A stretch of DNA of 64,000 nt from an uncultured Gemmatimonadota bacterium (GTDB lineage Bacteria > SM23-81 > DAOVCL01). The notes under the pieces are model-generated. The model saw nothing but the letters and a program-made list of their open reading frames with translations, ran no database searches and was not told the DNA's origin. The stretch spans positions 9,443-73,442 of the forward strand of contig CAZVGK010000015.1 in assembly GCA_964626665.1 (NCBI GenBank), read 5' to 3'. The position numbers and the translations under genes are program-made. Of this stretch, positions 21,301 through 30,985 are shown one piece after another; the stretch's first letter is position 1, and each line of letters begins with the position of its first letter.

Positions 21301-21405
21301 TGGCCGCCTTCCCTTCCGCTTTGAGGCAGAGGTTGGGAGGTCGGAGGATTCGGCCCAGAGGCCCAATTTGCCTGAGTTATCCCAGATGGAATGGAGAACT
21401 AACAT
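18304..21405 (-). CDS. SNF2-family helicase/ATPase
   Basis: LADDMGLGKT, DEAQNIKN, LTGTPVENRL, QATDRAFRIGQ. Confidence 0.95.
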   Translation of the reverse strand: MLVLHSIWDNSGKLGLWAESSDLPTSASKRKGRRPRKPRSRLHPFALAEEELKGALEDLSPRIPWKSAAWQVTPILLPSSPQGPLPSPWLIREEPMETMKETDLLPWDVPFLKADPDLALKFLLSLSSQSPHGVAFSDSLRFWMEVAKFSLQLIIKGQYAPTISEKIEDGKRYLQARWEAVIGGGEAERIFYLTEAMPPICRLLPGRSPLPSELLLSFLHRTLDGFVRRSLNPGSFFSPRKGHKPTLAERLLEALSSTDPTIKASDKEILPFLEKARPWLSQVKPADSGAPFRTCFRLDPPVDDQEKEWKISFWLQAKDDRSLLVPAEKVWRSRSRVVTFLKRRFENPQERLLADLGRASRLFPTIEESLQTPRPVELKMKTEKAYAFLRQSAPLLEESGFGLLLPSWWQKRRNKVGIKLKLTLPKSSTGTSSGLLGLNGIVSYDWEVAIGEETLSPEEFEKLSSLKVPLVKVRGEWVELRREEIESAIAFFQKRHGDGQMELGEAMRLGLGGQEPAVGLPVVGVVAEGRLNDLLQRLSDDVQLTPLKPPRAFQGKLRPYQVKGLSWLVFLKEFGLGACLADDMGLGKTIQLIALLLHERKNKKAKPGPTLLICPMSVVGNWQREVERFAPSLRVMVHHGPNRLTGRTFKREAKKNDLVLSTYALAYRDQETFSAVHWENIGLDEAQNIKNPSAKQTQAIRKLKANHRIALTGTPVENRLSELWSIMEFLNPGYLRSAKDFRTNFALPIEKYRNPQRAQSLRRIIQPFVLRRLKTDPKVIKDLPKKMEMKVFCNLTSEQASLYEAVVKEMLEKIENSEGIERKGLVLATLMKLKQICNHPALFLQDGSILLGRSGKLKRLEEMLEVVLAEEDKALIFTQFSSMGGILHRYLQEKLGCEVIFLYGSTPKRQRDNMVERFQNDRRGPSLFILSLKAGGLGLNLTAANHVFHFDRWWNPAVENQATDRAFRIGQTKNVEVHKFVCIGTLEERIDQMIELKKELAEKIIGAGEGWLTELSTNQLREVFTLSKEAVSD

Positions 21406-21533
21406 AGGGGAGGTAAGATTGGCAAGTCAATTTGAAACTACTATCTCGGACTTGGCTTATCATACAAATTTGCAGGGGATTTGACATAAAGCGGTCAGAT
21501 TAGGGGCTCTGACCGCTCGCTTTTGATAAAGAG

Positions 21534-21607
21534 CGGGGTCGACCGGACTTGAACCGGCGATCTCTGGCTTGACAGGCCAGTGTGTTAACCAACTACACCA
21601 CGACCCC
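21534..21607 (-). tRNA. tRNA-Asp(GTC)
   Basis: GGGGTCG acceptor, CTGTCAA anticodon loop, GGTTCAAGTCC T-arm; CCA not encoded. Confidence 0.95.
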
Positions 21608-22026
21608 ATATATAAAAATTGGGACATACGGCCGATAGGCTTCGTTCAAGGAAAGATAATATGTCTCCTCTTAATTAGCAAGCTTTTTTTCTCCCCCTTC
21701 AAAAGACACTCAGTGAGGTAGAAGGCCTGATGGTCAGGGGAATTAAGCGGATACTTAAAACTCTAAAGAAAAGAACACTGATCCGTTCCCAAAGGGCCCC
21801 TAATCACATCGAGATAGGGTTCCCCGGCCTATGTAAATTGTGACTTGGCGTTTCGGAATTCCTAAGAATTCCGAAACGCCGGGGGTTGTTTGAAGGGGGT
21901 ATGCCTCCTTCAAAGGTGACAGCGGAGCAATCCGAGCAGGCGGAGGATTACGGAGCGCCATAGGGCCGGTGAGGCCCTCTGGAGAAGTTAGCGACCGAAG
22001 GGAGCTAAGTTCGAACTCAGGGTCAG

Positions 22027-22101
22027 TGGGCGATACTGGATTCGAACCAGTGACCTTCTGCTTGTAAGGCAGACGCTCTCCACCAACTGAGCTAATCGCC
22101 C
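22027..22101 (-). tRNA. tRNA-Val(TAC)
   Basis: GGGCGAT acceptor, CTTACAA loop, GGTTCGAATCC. Confidence 0.95.
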
Positions 22102-22138
22102 CGAGCTTGATTAGCCCAACAAACTATAAAGAAGAAAC

Positions 22139-22414
22139 TCAGCTTCCTTCGCTGGACTCCGTTTTCCTGAGCTTTTTCTTCCCCCTGGCCACAATAGCGA
22201 TCGGGATGATCACGCAGTAGGCCCCCACAAGGAGGATGGGAGCCAGAGTAATAGATCCTAGGTTTAAAGCAATATAACCAATAATCAGGATAAAAATCCC
22301 GATGGCCATAAGAAGCCTGTTCTTGGAAGTGAATACTTCCTTTACTGCTGGCCTCTTTGGTGGAGGGGTTCTTTTCTCCTTTGGGGCAGCTTTGGTAACC
22401 TTCGGTTTAGCCAT
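22139..22414 (-). CDS. Small membrane protein (DUF3098-like)
   Basis: Basic N-terminus, two TM helices, SITLAPILLVGAY. Confidence 0.7.
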   Translation of the reverse strand: MAKPKVTKAAPKEKRTPPPKRPAVKEVFTSKNRLLMAIGIFILIIGYIALNLGSITLAPILLVGAYCVIIPIAIVARGKKKLRKTESSEGS

Positions 22415-23131
22415 AATGGTTAAATTTAAGCTTTTCATGGCTGAATGTCAAGGGAAAATGGTGGGGTTTCTGGCTGAAAACACCACAAATTTATATCGAA
22501 AATAGGGTGTAGGCAGCGAATATGAACAAATAGCCATCTTCATAAGGCAACTTCTTAAAATTTGTGTCAAGTTTTGGGGCCTGAAGAAAGAGGTGGACAA
22601 TGAGCTTAGACCCAGGCTCCTTGGCTTCAGTTTTTTCATTCTTAATTCTAAATTCTTCATTTTACATTCGAAGCTTCGCTAGAACAGGATAAGCCAAATC
22701 AATCATAGATTTCAATAGGGTTGGCTTGTCGTTCTCCGGATAAACGACAAAATCGAAGGGGGAATTCTGTTGGGGAAATGCCATCTCTCCTAAGGGGCAG
22801 GGCAACTAACATCATCAAAAAATCAGTGAGTCAATCAAACCCATCATTAGTTCCTGAACAGACATCCTCTAACTTTCAAAAAATCTTATTCTATGCACGA
22901 ATTTAACCTTGACAAAGAAAATGCGGTTTCGTAAATTTATCAAAGATGGTTATCCAAGTTTCTAGGAAATTTTATCAATTGGCTTTAACAGAAGATTAAA
23001 TTCTAAACCGGAGATACAGGCAGAACAGTAAACTTATTCGACCTCAGTAGACAAAAGCATCCTAAATGATGACGCACTTGCCAATAATGCCTTTGATCTA
23101 AAAGATTATCTGGAGAGAAAGGAGGAGTTTT

Positions 23132-23611
23132 ATGCTGAGAATTGACCCGAAGTGGCATGAAACCAAGGAGACCTTGCTTGGAAAGGCTATTGAGTCTCCC
23201 CAACAGAGGGTAAGGGAACGATTTATCTGTCTCTTCCTGGTAGCTATTGGCATACCGGCCGTAGAAGTGGGAAAATTGATTGGCAGAAATCGAATGACTG
23301 TTGCTTCCTGGGTAAATAGCTTTAACCAGAAGGGACCGAAGGGTGTCACCCCTCTGTATCGGGGCAAATCGAGGAGGATCCTTACCGAGGATCAATTAAT
23401 CAAGTTGGGACAGGTAGTGAGAAGGTCTCCGAGGAATGCTGGATTTGAGAAAGTTCGCTGGAGCATAGACCTTTTGGCTGCTTTCATTGAAAGGGAGTTT
23501 GGTAAGAAGGTGCGGAACTCGACAATTCGAAGCTATCTTCGCCAGTCGGGTTTGGGGGCCAAGACTCTTCGCAGGAGAAAAGGCAGGATTAGGAAGCAGA
23601 AGACTTCCTGA
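23132..23611 (+). CDS. Helix-turn-helix protein resembling the IS630 transposase N-terminus (no DDE domain)
   Basis: GRNRMTVASWVNSFNQKGPKG...LTEDQL...RWS..LL..FIEREFG; strong RBS. Confidence 0.75.
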   Translation: MLRIDPKWHETKETLLGKAIESPQQRVRERFICLFLVAIGIPAVEVGKLIGRNRMTVASWVNSFNQKGPKGVTPLYRGKSRRILTEDQLIKLGQVVRRSPRNAGFEKVRWSIDLLAAFIEREFGKKVRNSTIRSYLRQSGLGAKTLRRRKGRIRKQKTS

Positions 23612-23860
23612 GCTTTAATCGAGGTTTTAATCCGAGTATCTTTTTGGAAGTAACCCTCGTTTGGTGATTACATTGGAGTTTTGTATGGGGGGCAACTAAG
23701 TTTTATAGTTGCCCCCCAATTGAAACTTAACCTCCTTAGTCAGCAATTTAACAATTTAAATAGGTGTTAGCATAGACGAGGGGGCTGCCTTTTTATTAAA
23801 ATCCTGGGGAGCGTAGGAGATCAAATAGGAAGTCCCCTCAAAACCAAAGGAGGTGAAAAA

Positions 23861-24733
23861 TTGAAAGGGAAAATTATTATCTGGATAGGTTTTTTGTCCT
23901 TTGTATCCTTGTTTGCGACCTACCCCTTAGCAAATGCCCAAGAGGAAGTGCTAAGCAAGACCCATCGGGAAGCCTTGCAAAGATATAACCAAGGGGTAGA
24001 GTATGTAAAATCTAAGGATTATGACAAGGCCATTGCTGAGTTTAAGGAATCTCTTCAACTGGATCCCCAGTATGCTCAGGCCCATTATGCATTAGGTTTG
24101 GCCTACAGGAAAAAGTCCAACTTCAAGGAGGCCATTTCAGAATACAGCCGGGCGGTGGAAATAGATTCCAGTTTTGCCGATGCTTACTATAACTTAGGTC
24201 TGGCCTTAAGAGAGACAAAAAATTATAAGGAGGCCGTTTCCGCCTTCGAAAATGCAGTGAAGGTCGATTCCACAAATTATAAGGCTTGTTTTAGCTTGGG
24301 GTTAACCTATTACAATCTAAAAAAGAATAAAGGGTCCATAAGGGCTTATGAAAAGGCATTGAAGATAAAACCCGATTACTATCGGGCCTATTATAATTTG
24401 GGAGTTGTCTATAGTAAGGGCGGGAAATTATCTCAAGCTATAGTTCAATACAAGAAGGTGACAGAAATTAAGCCCAGCCACTTTAATGCCCATTATAGAA
24501 TGGCCGATGCCTATAACCAATTGGGCGAATATGATAAGGCAGTAACTGCTGCCCAGAAATCTCTGAAATATAAATCAAACTACGCTCCTGCTCTGGTGGC
24601 TTTAGGGGAAGCCTATGAGAAGTTGGGAAAGATTCAGAAGGCCATTGACGAATTTCAGAAGGCAGCCAAAAACAGTAAATGGAAAACATACGCTGAGTAT
24701 AAGATAAAGATACTTTCCGAGGAAAACCAATAG
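23861..24733 (+). CDS. Secreted TPR-repeat protein
   Basis: Signal peptide plus tandem AYYNLG-type 34-aa repeats. Confidence 0.9.
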   Translation: MKGKIIIWIGFLSFVSLFATYPLANAQEEVLSKTHREALQRYNQGVEYVKSKDYDKAIAEFKESLQLDPQYAQAHYALGLAYRKKSNFKEAISEYSRAVEIDSSFADAYYNLGLALRETKNYKEAVSAFENAVKVDSTNYKACFSLGLTYYNLKKNKGSIRAYEKALKIKPDYYRAYYNLGVVYSKGGKLSQAIVQYKKVTEIKPSHFNAHYRMADAYNQLGEYDKAVTAAQKSLKYKSNYAPALVALGEAYEKLGKIQKAIDEFQKAAKNSKWKTYAEYKIKILSEENQ

Positions 24734-24802
24734 AATAGTTGACTTGCGCCAGGAAACCCGCAGGCAGAACCTGCGGGTTTCTCTTAAGAACTGCACGAAG
24801 AG

Positions 24803-26539
24803 ATGATAAAACTAAAGGAAGTTTCTTATAGTTATCAAACAAAGGCGGGAGGATCTGTCTCTGCCCTTAAAGGGGTGGACCTGAGCATCGGGGAGGGGGA
24901 GAGGTTAGCAATTATTGGGCCAAATGGTTCGGGCAAGACGACCCTGGCCTGTTGCCTGAATGGGCTTCTGCGTCCCACCCACGGTGAGGTAAGGGTGGAT
25001 GGTTTCCCAGTGGGTGATCAATCATCCACCTACCAGATCCGCAGGTTAGTAGGGATGGTCTTTCAAAATCCCGATAATCAAATAATCTCCACCACTGTAG
25101 AGAGGGAAATAGCGTTTGGGTTGGAGAATATTGGTCTGCCAGCAGAGGAGATAGGGAAGAGGGTGAAGTGGGCCTTGCAAACTTTCGGCTTGGAGGAATA
25201 TAGGGATTTCAGTCCCTACCATCTCTCCGGAGGTGAAAAGCAAAGGCTCGCTCTGGCTTCTGTTCTGGCTATGAGGCCTAAATATCTCGTCCTGGATGAA
25301 CCCACTTCTCTACTGGACCCCATTGGCCGCCAGGAGGTAATCCAAGTCATATCTCAATTAAATAATTTGGGCATCTCCAGCCTTGTTCACATAACCCAGT
25401 TTCCGGAGGAGGCCCTGCTCTCTTCCAGGCTAATTGTCCTCTATCAGGGAAGAATCTTATTGGATGGAGCTCCTGAGGATGTTTTCTCCCAAAGGGAGGT
25501 TCTCAGAAGGATTGGCCTCAAACCGCCGCCCCTTATGGAGTTCGTTGAGGAGCTTAGGGAGCAAGGCATTTGGCTGGAAGGCTCCTTATCCAGGAGGCCA
25601 GAGGAGCTTTTGCAGGTTCTCCTTGAGCTAAAGGGCAGGGAAAGCCTTAAAGGCAAAACATTCTTTCCTGAGGAAAAGGTGGTTCGGCCAACGGTTGTAG
25701 AGACGAAGTCGCTCCGTTACATCTATAACCCGGGTCTTCCCAATCAGAAGGAGGCTTTAAGAGGGGTGAACCTGAGGGTGGGGGAGGGGGAGCTTATTGG
25801 CCTGATAGGCCCAACCGGGTCAGGGAAGACAACCTTGGCCCAACATTTTAATCTCCTTCTAACCCCCACCTCGGGTTTGGTTTCTCTCTTCGGCCAGAAG
25901 TTGAACGGGACTAACCTGCATGCCGTGAGAAAAGAAGTTGGATTTCTCTTTCAATTTCCAGAAAAACAACTATTTGAGGAGACTGTCTATAAGGATGTGG
26001 CCTTCGGCCCCAATAACCTGAAGCTTCCTCAGCAGAAGATAAAGGAAAGGGTGCAAGAATCCCTGGAGATGGTTAAGTTAAACTATGATCAGTTTGCCTC
26101 TCGTTCCCCCTTTAGCCTGAGTGGAGGCGAACAGAGAAGGGTGGCCCTGGCTGGAGTGCTGGCGATGGAGCCTCAGCTCATCATCTTAGATGAGCCCACA
26201 GTGGGCCTTGATCCGGCGGGGAGCGACCTTGTAGCCGAAATCTTAAAGGAACTTCACCTCTCTGGCAAGACGGTGATCCTTATCTCCCATAATTTGGATT
26301 TCGTCTTTAGCCTGACCAACAGGGTTATCGCTCTTCAGCGGGGCAAAATCTATGCTCAGGGGCCGCCAGAGAGTTTTATGGATGATGAGGAGACCTTGCC
26401 TGGATTAGGCCTAAATCTGCCATCACTTAACTATATGCTATTTCTTTTGCGTAAAGCCGGATTTGGAATCGAGGTTACCCCATCCTCAGTCCAGGATACG
26501 GCAAGCCAGATAGCCGAGCAATTGCAAAAAACTGCTTGA
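24803..26539 (+). CDS. Fused ECF-transporter ATPase (EcfA1-EcfA2)
   Basis: Two ABC domains (GPNGSGKT, GPTGSGKT), FQNPDNQ and FQFPEKQLF, LSGGE twice. Confidence 0.9.
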   Translation: MIKLKEVSYSYQTKAGGSVSALKGVDLSIGEGERLAIIGPNGSGKTTLACCLNGLLRPTHGEVRVDGFPVGDQSSTYQIRRLVGMVFQNPDNQIISTTVEREIAFGLENIGLPAEEIGKRVKWALQTFGLEEYRDFSPYHLSGGEKQRLALASVLAMRPKYLVLDEPTSLLDPIGRQEVIQVISQLNNLGISSLVHITQFPEEALLSSRLIVLYQGRILLDGAPEDVFSQREVLRRIGLKPPPLMEFVEELREQGIWLEGSLSRRPEELLQVLLELKGRESLKGKTFFPEEKVVRPTVVETKSLRYIYNPGLPNQKEALRGVNLRVGEGELIGLIGPTGSGKTTLAQHFNLLLTPTSGLVSLFGQKLNGTNLHAVRKEVGFLFQFPEKQLFEETVYKDVAFGPNNLKLPQQKIKERVQESLEMVKLNYDQFASRSPFSLSGGEQRRVALAGVLAMEPQLIILDEPTVGLDPAGSDLVAEILKELHLSGKTVILISHNLDFVFSLTNRVIALQRGKIYAQGPPESFMDDEETLPGLGLNLPSLNYMLFLLRKAGFGIEVTPSSVQDTASQIAEQLQKTA

Positions 26540-26589
26540 CAACTGAAGTTCAATGGATAAATATAGGGGAACTTAAAAAGGAGGAACGG

Positions 26590-27219
26590 ATGAGGTGCAA
26601 AACTATTTGTTTAATTCTGTTTCCTGTTCTTTTTCTGGGAATGGCTGTCCCCAGGGCATCTGGAATTACAGGCCTCGGCTTTGGCCTGAGGGGTGGAATT
26701 ATATCCAGTCTGGATGATCCGAATACAGATGAATCAATTGATAACCTTCCCTTCATTGGAGCCCATCTGAAGATAGGCACCCTGCCCATTATTGATTTCG
26801 AAGCGGATGTGTCATATGCCAAAAAGAGCTATAAACCAACTATAAAGGTGATCGTAGGAGGTATCACAGTTGAGAAGAAAGTGGAAACTGACTATCATGA
26901 CCTTTCTCTGAACGCCTCGGCCAAATACGGTCTTCCTCTCTCTCTGGTGGTGGTAAAACCCTATATCGGAGCAGGGATGGGAGTTCATCTTTTGGGATCC
27001 ACCCTGCATATCATCGAAGGGCAAGATATTAGAGGTGAAGAGATAAAGCCCGATTTTTCCTCCAGCAAGAACGGATACCACTTCTTGGCTGGCCTGAAGT
27101 TCCATATCCCAATGATTCCCTTTGACCTCTTTGCCGAGGGGAGGTATACGGTTATTCAAACCACACCAAAGACAAAATACAACTCCATTTACGCTGGGTT
27201 TACCCTGAATCTGCCTTGA
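26590..27219 (+). CDS. Outer-membrane beta-barrel protein
   Basis: Signal peptide; amphipathic strands KPYIGAGMG, LFAEGRY, YAGFTLNL. Confidence 0.8.
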   Translation: MRCKTICLILFPVLFLGMAVPRASGITGLGFGLRGGIISSLDDPNTDESIDNLPFIGAHLKIGTLPIIDFEADVSYAKKSYKPTIKVIVGGITVEKKVETDYHDLSLNASAKYGLPLSLVVVKPYIGAGMGVHLLGSTLHIIEGQDIRGEEIKPDFSSSKNGYHFLAGLKFHIPMIPFDLFAEGRYTVIQTTPKTKYNSIYAGFTLNLP

Positions 27220-27317
27220 GTTTGAGGATTTAACGGTGGAATTATCTGAGCGGTCAGACCTTCTGATCTGACGGAGGCAGAGCGGGTTTCTGCCACCTCG
27301 TTTTTAGTTGAGGGGGG

Positions 27318-28244
27318 TTAACGACGGGATAACGGACAGGTAGGAAAAGAGAGGTTCTTAAGGTGTTTGGCTATGAGGGAGTTTAAATACTCCCTCTTCT
27401 TTTTCTCGTTATACATTATGGCAAACCTTTCGGCGTTGTATCTGCTCCCCCAGTAATATCTTGACCAGACAAAAAGATATAGTGCTGATCCCTCGTAATA
27501 ACGTCTGTCCTTTATCGCCTTCAAGGTAAGGTAGCCGAGGGTGCTATTTAAAATCGCCGAGATTAACCCTTGTTCTATCTTTCCGCAGTAGATCTGCCCT
27601 GCCCCAGGCAAAAATGTGGAGAGCCAATTAGCCACTTGGGGTGATCTTCTGGGCAGATCCAATCCTTGTCTTGATTCCTGCACCAATAAAGATGCCTGGT
27701 AGCTATAGAAGTTTTTGACTTTCCCTTTTGCTGTTTCTGCAAATTCATTACAGGCTCGCTCAAAATTGTATTCCGAGAGTAAGTTCCACCCCTTCCAGAA
27801 CCTAAGCTCTGTGATCTGACTATCCTTTTGCGAATAGGTCAAAAGATCGTTAAACTCCAATTCAGCTAAGTTGTTCTTACCTTCCCTCATATAGGATTTG
27901 GCCAAGGTGAGTTGTGCCTCGCATTTCACATTAGAAAGGGCCTTCTCATCATTTAGTATCCCCTTTAGATAGTTTCTGCCCAATTCTCCGTTCCCCGTAG
28001 CCAAGTGACTCAATCCAATTTTGTATCTGGTATACGAAACCAACTTGCTCTGGGGATAGAGCCAGCCAAACCGTAGATATTCTGTTATTGCGGCCTCGTA
28101 AATCCCCTTCTGGAAAAGTGACTGAGCAGAGGAGTAGACCTCAGATTCTGATTGAGCCTGACACAACCCCTGCACAGGCCCAGCTATGATTAGCAGAAGC
28201 AAAATTAGCGGAGCAGTCGCCTTAGCTGCCAAGGGATTACTCAT
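27318..28244 (-). CDS. TPR protein with C-terminal membrane (TM2-like) segment
   Basis: BamD-like TPRs; STFLPGAGQIYCG. Confidence 0.75.
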   Translation of the reverse strand: MSNPLAAKATAPLILLLLIIAGPVQGLCQAQSESEVYSSAQSLFQKGIYEAAITEYLRFGWLYPQSKLVSYTRYKIGLSHLATGNGELGRNYLKGILNDEKALSNVKCEAQLTLAKSYMREGKNNLAELEFNDLLTYSQKDSQITELRFWKGWNLLSEYNFERACNEFAETAKGKVKNFYSYQASLLVQESRQGLDLPRRSPQVANWLSTFLPGAGQIYCGKIEQGLISAILNSTLGYLTLKAIKDRRYYEGSALYLFVWSRYYWGSRYNAERFAIMYNEKKKREYLNSLIAKHLKNLSFPTCPLSRR

Positions 28245-29514
28245 TGCCTATATCTACCTCTTTGAGTTTCCCCTCTATTTGGTTCTGGAGGCAGTTTTGT
28301 GCCTGATCGTTGAATATTTTAGCCCCCTTAATGGAGCCGTAGATGTCCCCGGAATAGAAAAAGAGGCTCATTGCTCCAAAAATGAATGATTGTGAGGGGT
28401 GGTGATGAAGATAATAATATCTGCTGGCGTAAGCAGTTCCAGCTATTAGCATAAACGAGTAAAATGCATCCCCAAATCTCCGGCAATATGCCCTTCCCGA
28501 TCCCGGAAGCAGGGATGAAAAAAGGCCAGCCAGTGCCGAATTTCTCTGGGGAAGGCTCTCTCCCTTCTGAGTTAAGTTAGCAATCTCCCAGAAATGGTTT
28601 GCCCTACTATGGTCGGGAGGGAAATTGGCCATTTTTTTAAAGATGAGAGAAGCTTTATGCCAATCCTTTTTTCTCAACCAGGACCAGCCGATCATATAAT
28701 CCAACTTCGACTGCCAATCCTTGGATTTTACCTCATTCCTTAACTGCGTAAAGATATGAATTGCTCGCTTATAGTCGCCCAAGAGGAAATAGGAATATCC
28801 CAGGTGAAACTTTACCTGCTTGATTAGTTTCCCTTGCGGATAAATCTTCTCCCATCCTTTGGAGTGGTCTATAGCCGAGCGGTATCTCCCCTCTTTCTGT
28901 AGACAGATCCCTATTTTAAAATTTGCCTCCTCGGCTCGAGGAGCCTGAGGGGATAGGTAGATAAACCTTTGATATTCGGTGTAGGCTCGGCGGTAATCTC
29001 CCATCCGGTAAAGATACTCCGCAAATCCCCAGATCCCAGCAGGTTGATAGCTGTTTGGCTTTCCCAGGGGAAGGGGCTCCGTTAGCTCGGATTTTTTGGA
29101 GGGGACTTCAGGTTTCTGTTTCCCCCAAAGGAGGTGGTTTTCCACCGGGTCATAGAGGTGTCTTTTATCATTCGCCAAAGGATAATGACCCCTGGCCCAA
29201 TAGTTGCACCTTTGCAGCCTATCTGGGGTCATCAAAAGACCTCTTAAAGCCCCATACCTTTTGAAGGCCTGGAAGGAGAAGTGAGAACAGGTGGGGTGGA
29301 AGTTACAGGCAGGCACGGACTGAGGAGAGAGAACTTTCTGGTAAAATCTAATTGCCCCCAAGGGGATGAGGGCAAAAGGTGAGGTTCCTTTTGCTCTTGG
29401 CGCATTTAGGGAGTCCCCTGGGAAGGCTCCCATAGCTTTGGCTCCTCCTGGAGATAAGAGGAGCCCCAATAGACAAAGGGAGATTATTCCCTTTTTGCTG
29501 GCCGTTGTCCTCAT
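28237..29514 (-). CDS. YidD-like domain fused to TPR and TM2-like domains
   Basis: IRFYQKVLSP...CNFHPTCSHF..QAFKRYGA..G..M..DRLQRC; then TPRs and SLLPGSGRAY. Confidence 0.8.
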   Translation of the reverse strand: MRTTASKKGIISLCLLGLLLSPGGAKAMGAFPGDSLNAPRAKGTSPFALIPLGAIRFYQKVLSPQSVPACNFHPTCSHFSFQAFKRYGALRGLLMTPDRLQRCNYWARGHYPLANDKRHLYDPVENHLLWGKQKPEVPSKKSELTEPLPLGKPNSYQPAGIWGFAEYLYRMGDYRRAYTEYQRFIYLSPQAPRAEEANFKIGICLQKEGRYRSAIDHSKGWEKIYPQGKLIKQVKFHLGYSYFLLGDYKRAIHIFTQLRNEVKSKDWQSKLDYMIGWSWLRKKDWHKASLIFKKMANFPPDHSRANHFWEIANLTQKGESLPQRNSALAGLFSSLLPGSGRAYCRRFGDAFYSFMLIAGTAYASRYYYLHHHPSQSFIFGAMSLFFYSGDIYGSIKGAKIFNDQAQNCLQNQIEGKLKEVDIGNE

Positions 29515-29583
29515 CTATAAGGAGAGAGGTAAGGAATATCATCCTTACCTCTCTCATCATCAGGTTAAATTGTTGATTTTAAT

Positions 29584-30027
29584 CTACTTCTTAAGCTTCT
29601 CCTCTTCCTCAATCTGGGTCATTGTCTGGCCATTTAAGGCCTCTATGCTAATCATAGCAATGGAGACCCAGTTCACTACAGGGACCAAAAGTAACCACTC
29701 CTTGGTCCTGATCTTTCTCTTTTTTAGCTCATTGCCCACCCGGGGGCCAATACAGACATTTGCCAAACAGCCCCCTGGACCGGCTGCTTTCCACCCCTCC
29801 GATCCAGACCAGACCAGACCAGCAGGGCTAAAGACTAACCTAACCCATTCTACAGTCCTCACCTGTTGCCCTTCATTCAACTCCAGGCCAACCCTGGGCC
29901 CCAAACAGCAGCTCGCTAGAAATGGGCCAACGCCTCCCTTCTTGTCCTGATCCTGAGTAACAGCCGCAGCATAGCTAAATTGGGCTAAAAAAAGCAGAGT
30001 CAGACCAGCAACAATAAATTTCTTCAC
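29584..30027 (-). CDS. Exported/membrane hypothetical protein with an internal duplication
   Basis: Signal peptide; CxGPRVGxEL..RTxEW occurs twice. Confidence 0.8.
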   Translation of the reverse strand: MKKFIVAGLTLLFLAQFSYAAAVTQDQDKKGGVGPFLASCCLGPRVGLELNEGQQVRTVEWVRLVFSPAGLVWSGSEGWKAAGPGGCLANVCIGPRVGNELKKRKIRTKEWLLLVPVVNWVSIAMISIEALNGQTMTQIEEEEKLKK

Positions 30028-30045
30028 CTTTTCACCTCCTTTCCA

Positions 30046-30858
30046 TCACCCCTTGGGAGTGATAATCTTAGCCTTCTTGGGGGGAATAAACTCAAAATTT
30101 TTATCAGGTATGGGTTGGTTCAACCTCACCCGGGAGAAGTTGTCCGTCTCCTCCAGGATTTCCCCCTGATAAATTGACCTTGTCAATACTCTATTGGGGA
30201 ATAAGAGACTGTCCCCATACAGGGAGTAATCTTCATATTTTGTCTGGCTGACCAGGTTTCCCTCTAAATCGAATATCTCATAAGCCAGAATTACCCATTT
30301 CTTGGGGTCTATCTTAATTAAGATCTTAGAGATGAGTTCCCCTCCAGATTTCGGCTTTGCGGAGACAACCAAATCCCCATTGAGGGTATCAAATAGGGAA
30401 AAGCTGAACCCCTCCCTAAGCTGGTCAAACACATTGAGACCTATCAGCCCCTCTATGCCCAGTGCCTCCCTCTCAAACCTATTCATCCTGGCAATGTGGA
30501 ACTTTAGGACTACATTCTCCTCTACATTGTCCACCCAACAGAGCGAGTCATTGGAGCAAACGATCTGATGGGGGTTAGCGAATTCCACATAGGAGCAATG
30601 AGGCCTCTTTATCAAAAACCTCCCTTTTATGCTCTGAGTATTCCCGCCACCCTGGATGTTTCTGCTTATCATCCCTCCGATGGTTTTTATCTTAGCGTAT
30701 TGCTCATTTACCATTTGGATAATGTGTTCAACCTCCTGATCAGCCAGCAAGTTAGAGGAAGGTGAAAAAAGGAGACCAATGAGCAGAAACAGGATTGGCA
30801 ATCCCTTGGCAAGCCGCCCCTTTGGAGGGGGGATCTTTTTCCATAAGCAGAAATTCAT
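30046..30858 (-). CDS. LolA-like outer-membrane lipoprotein carrier/sorting protein
   Basis: GRFLIKRP...PHQIVCSND...F..VRLNQPIPDKNFEFIPPKKA. Confidence 0.75.
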   Translation of the reverse strand: MNFCLWKKIPPPKGRLAKGLPILFLLIGLLFSPSSNLLADQEVEHIIQMVNEQYAKIKTIGGMISRNIQGGGNTQSIKGRFLIKRPHCSYVEFANPHQIVCSNDSLCWVDNVEENVVLKFHIARMNRFEREALGIEGLIGLNVFDQLREGFSFSLFDTLNGDLVVSAKPKSGGELISKILIKIDPKKWVILAYEIFDLEGNLVSQTKYEDYSLYGDSLLFPNRVLTRSIYQGEILEETDNFSRVRLNQPIPDKNFEFIPPKKAKIITPKG

Positions 30859-30985
30859 TCTTCGCTCTCGTCAGGTATAGAAATTAAGATTTTAACAGGT
30901 TAAAATGTGATTGTCAAGGTTTTTCTTTGGTTTTTTCAAGAATTGATTTGCCCTCAAAGTTATTCCACTTTATCTTAGCCTCAGG

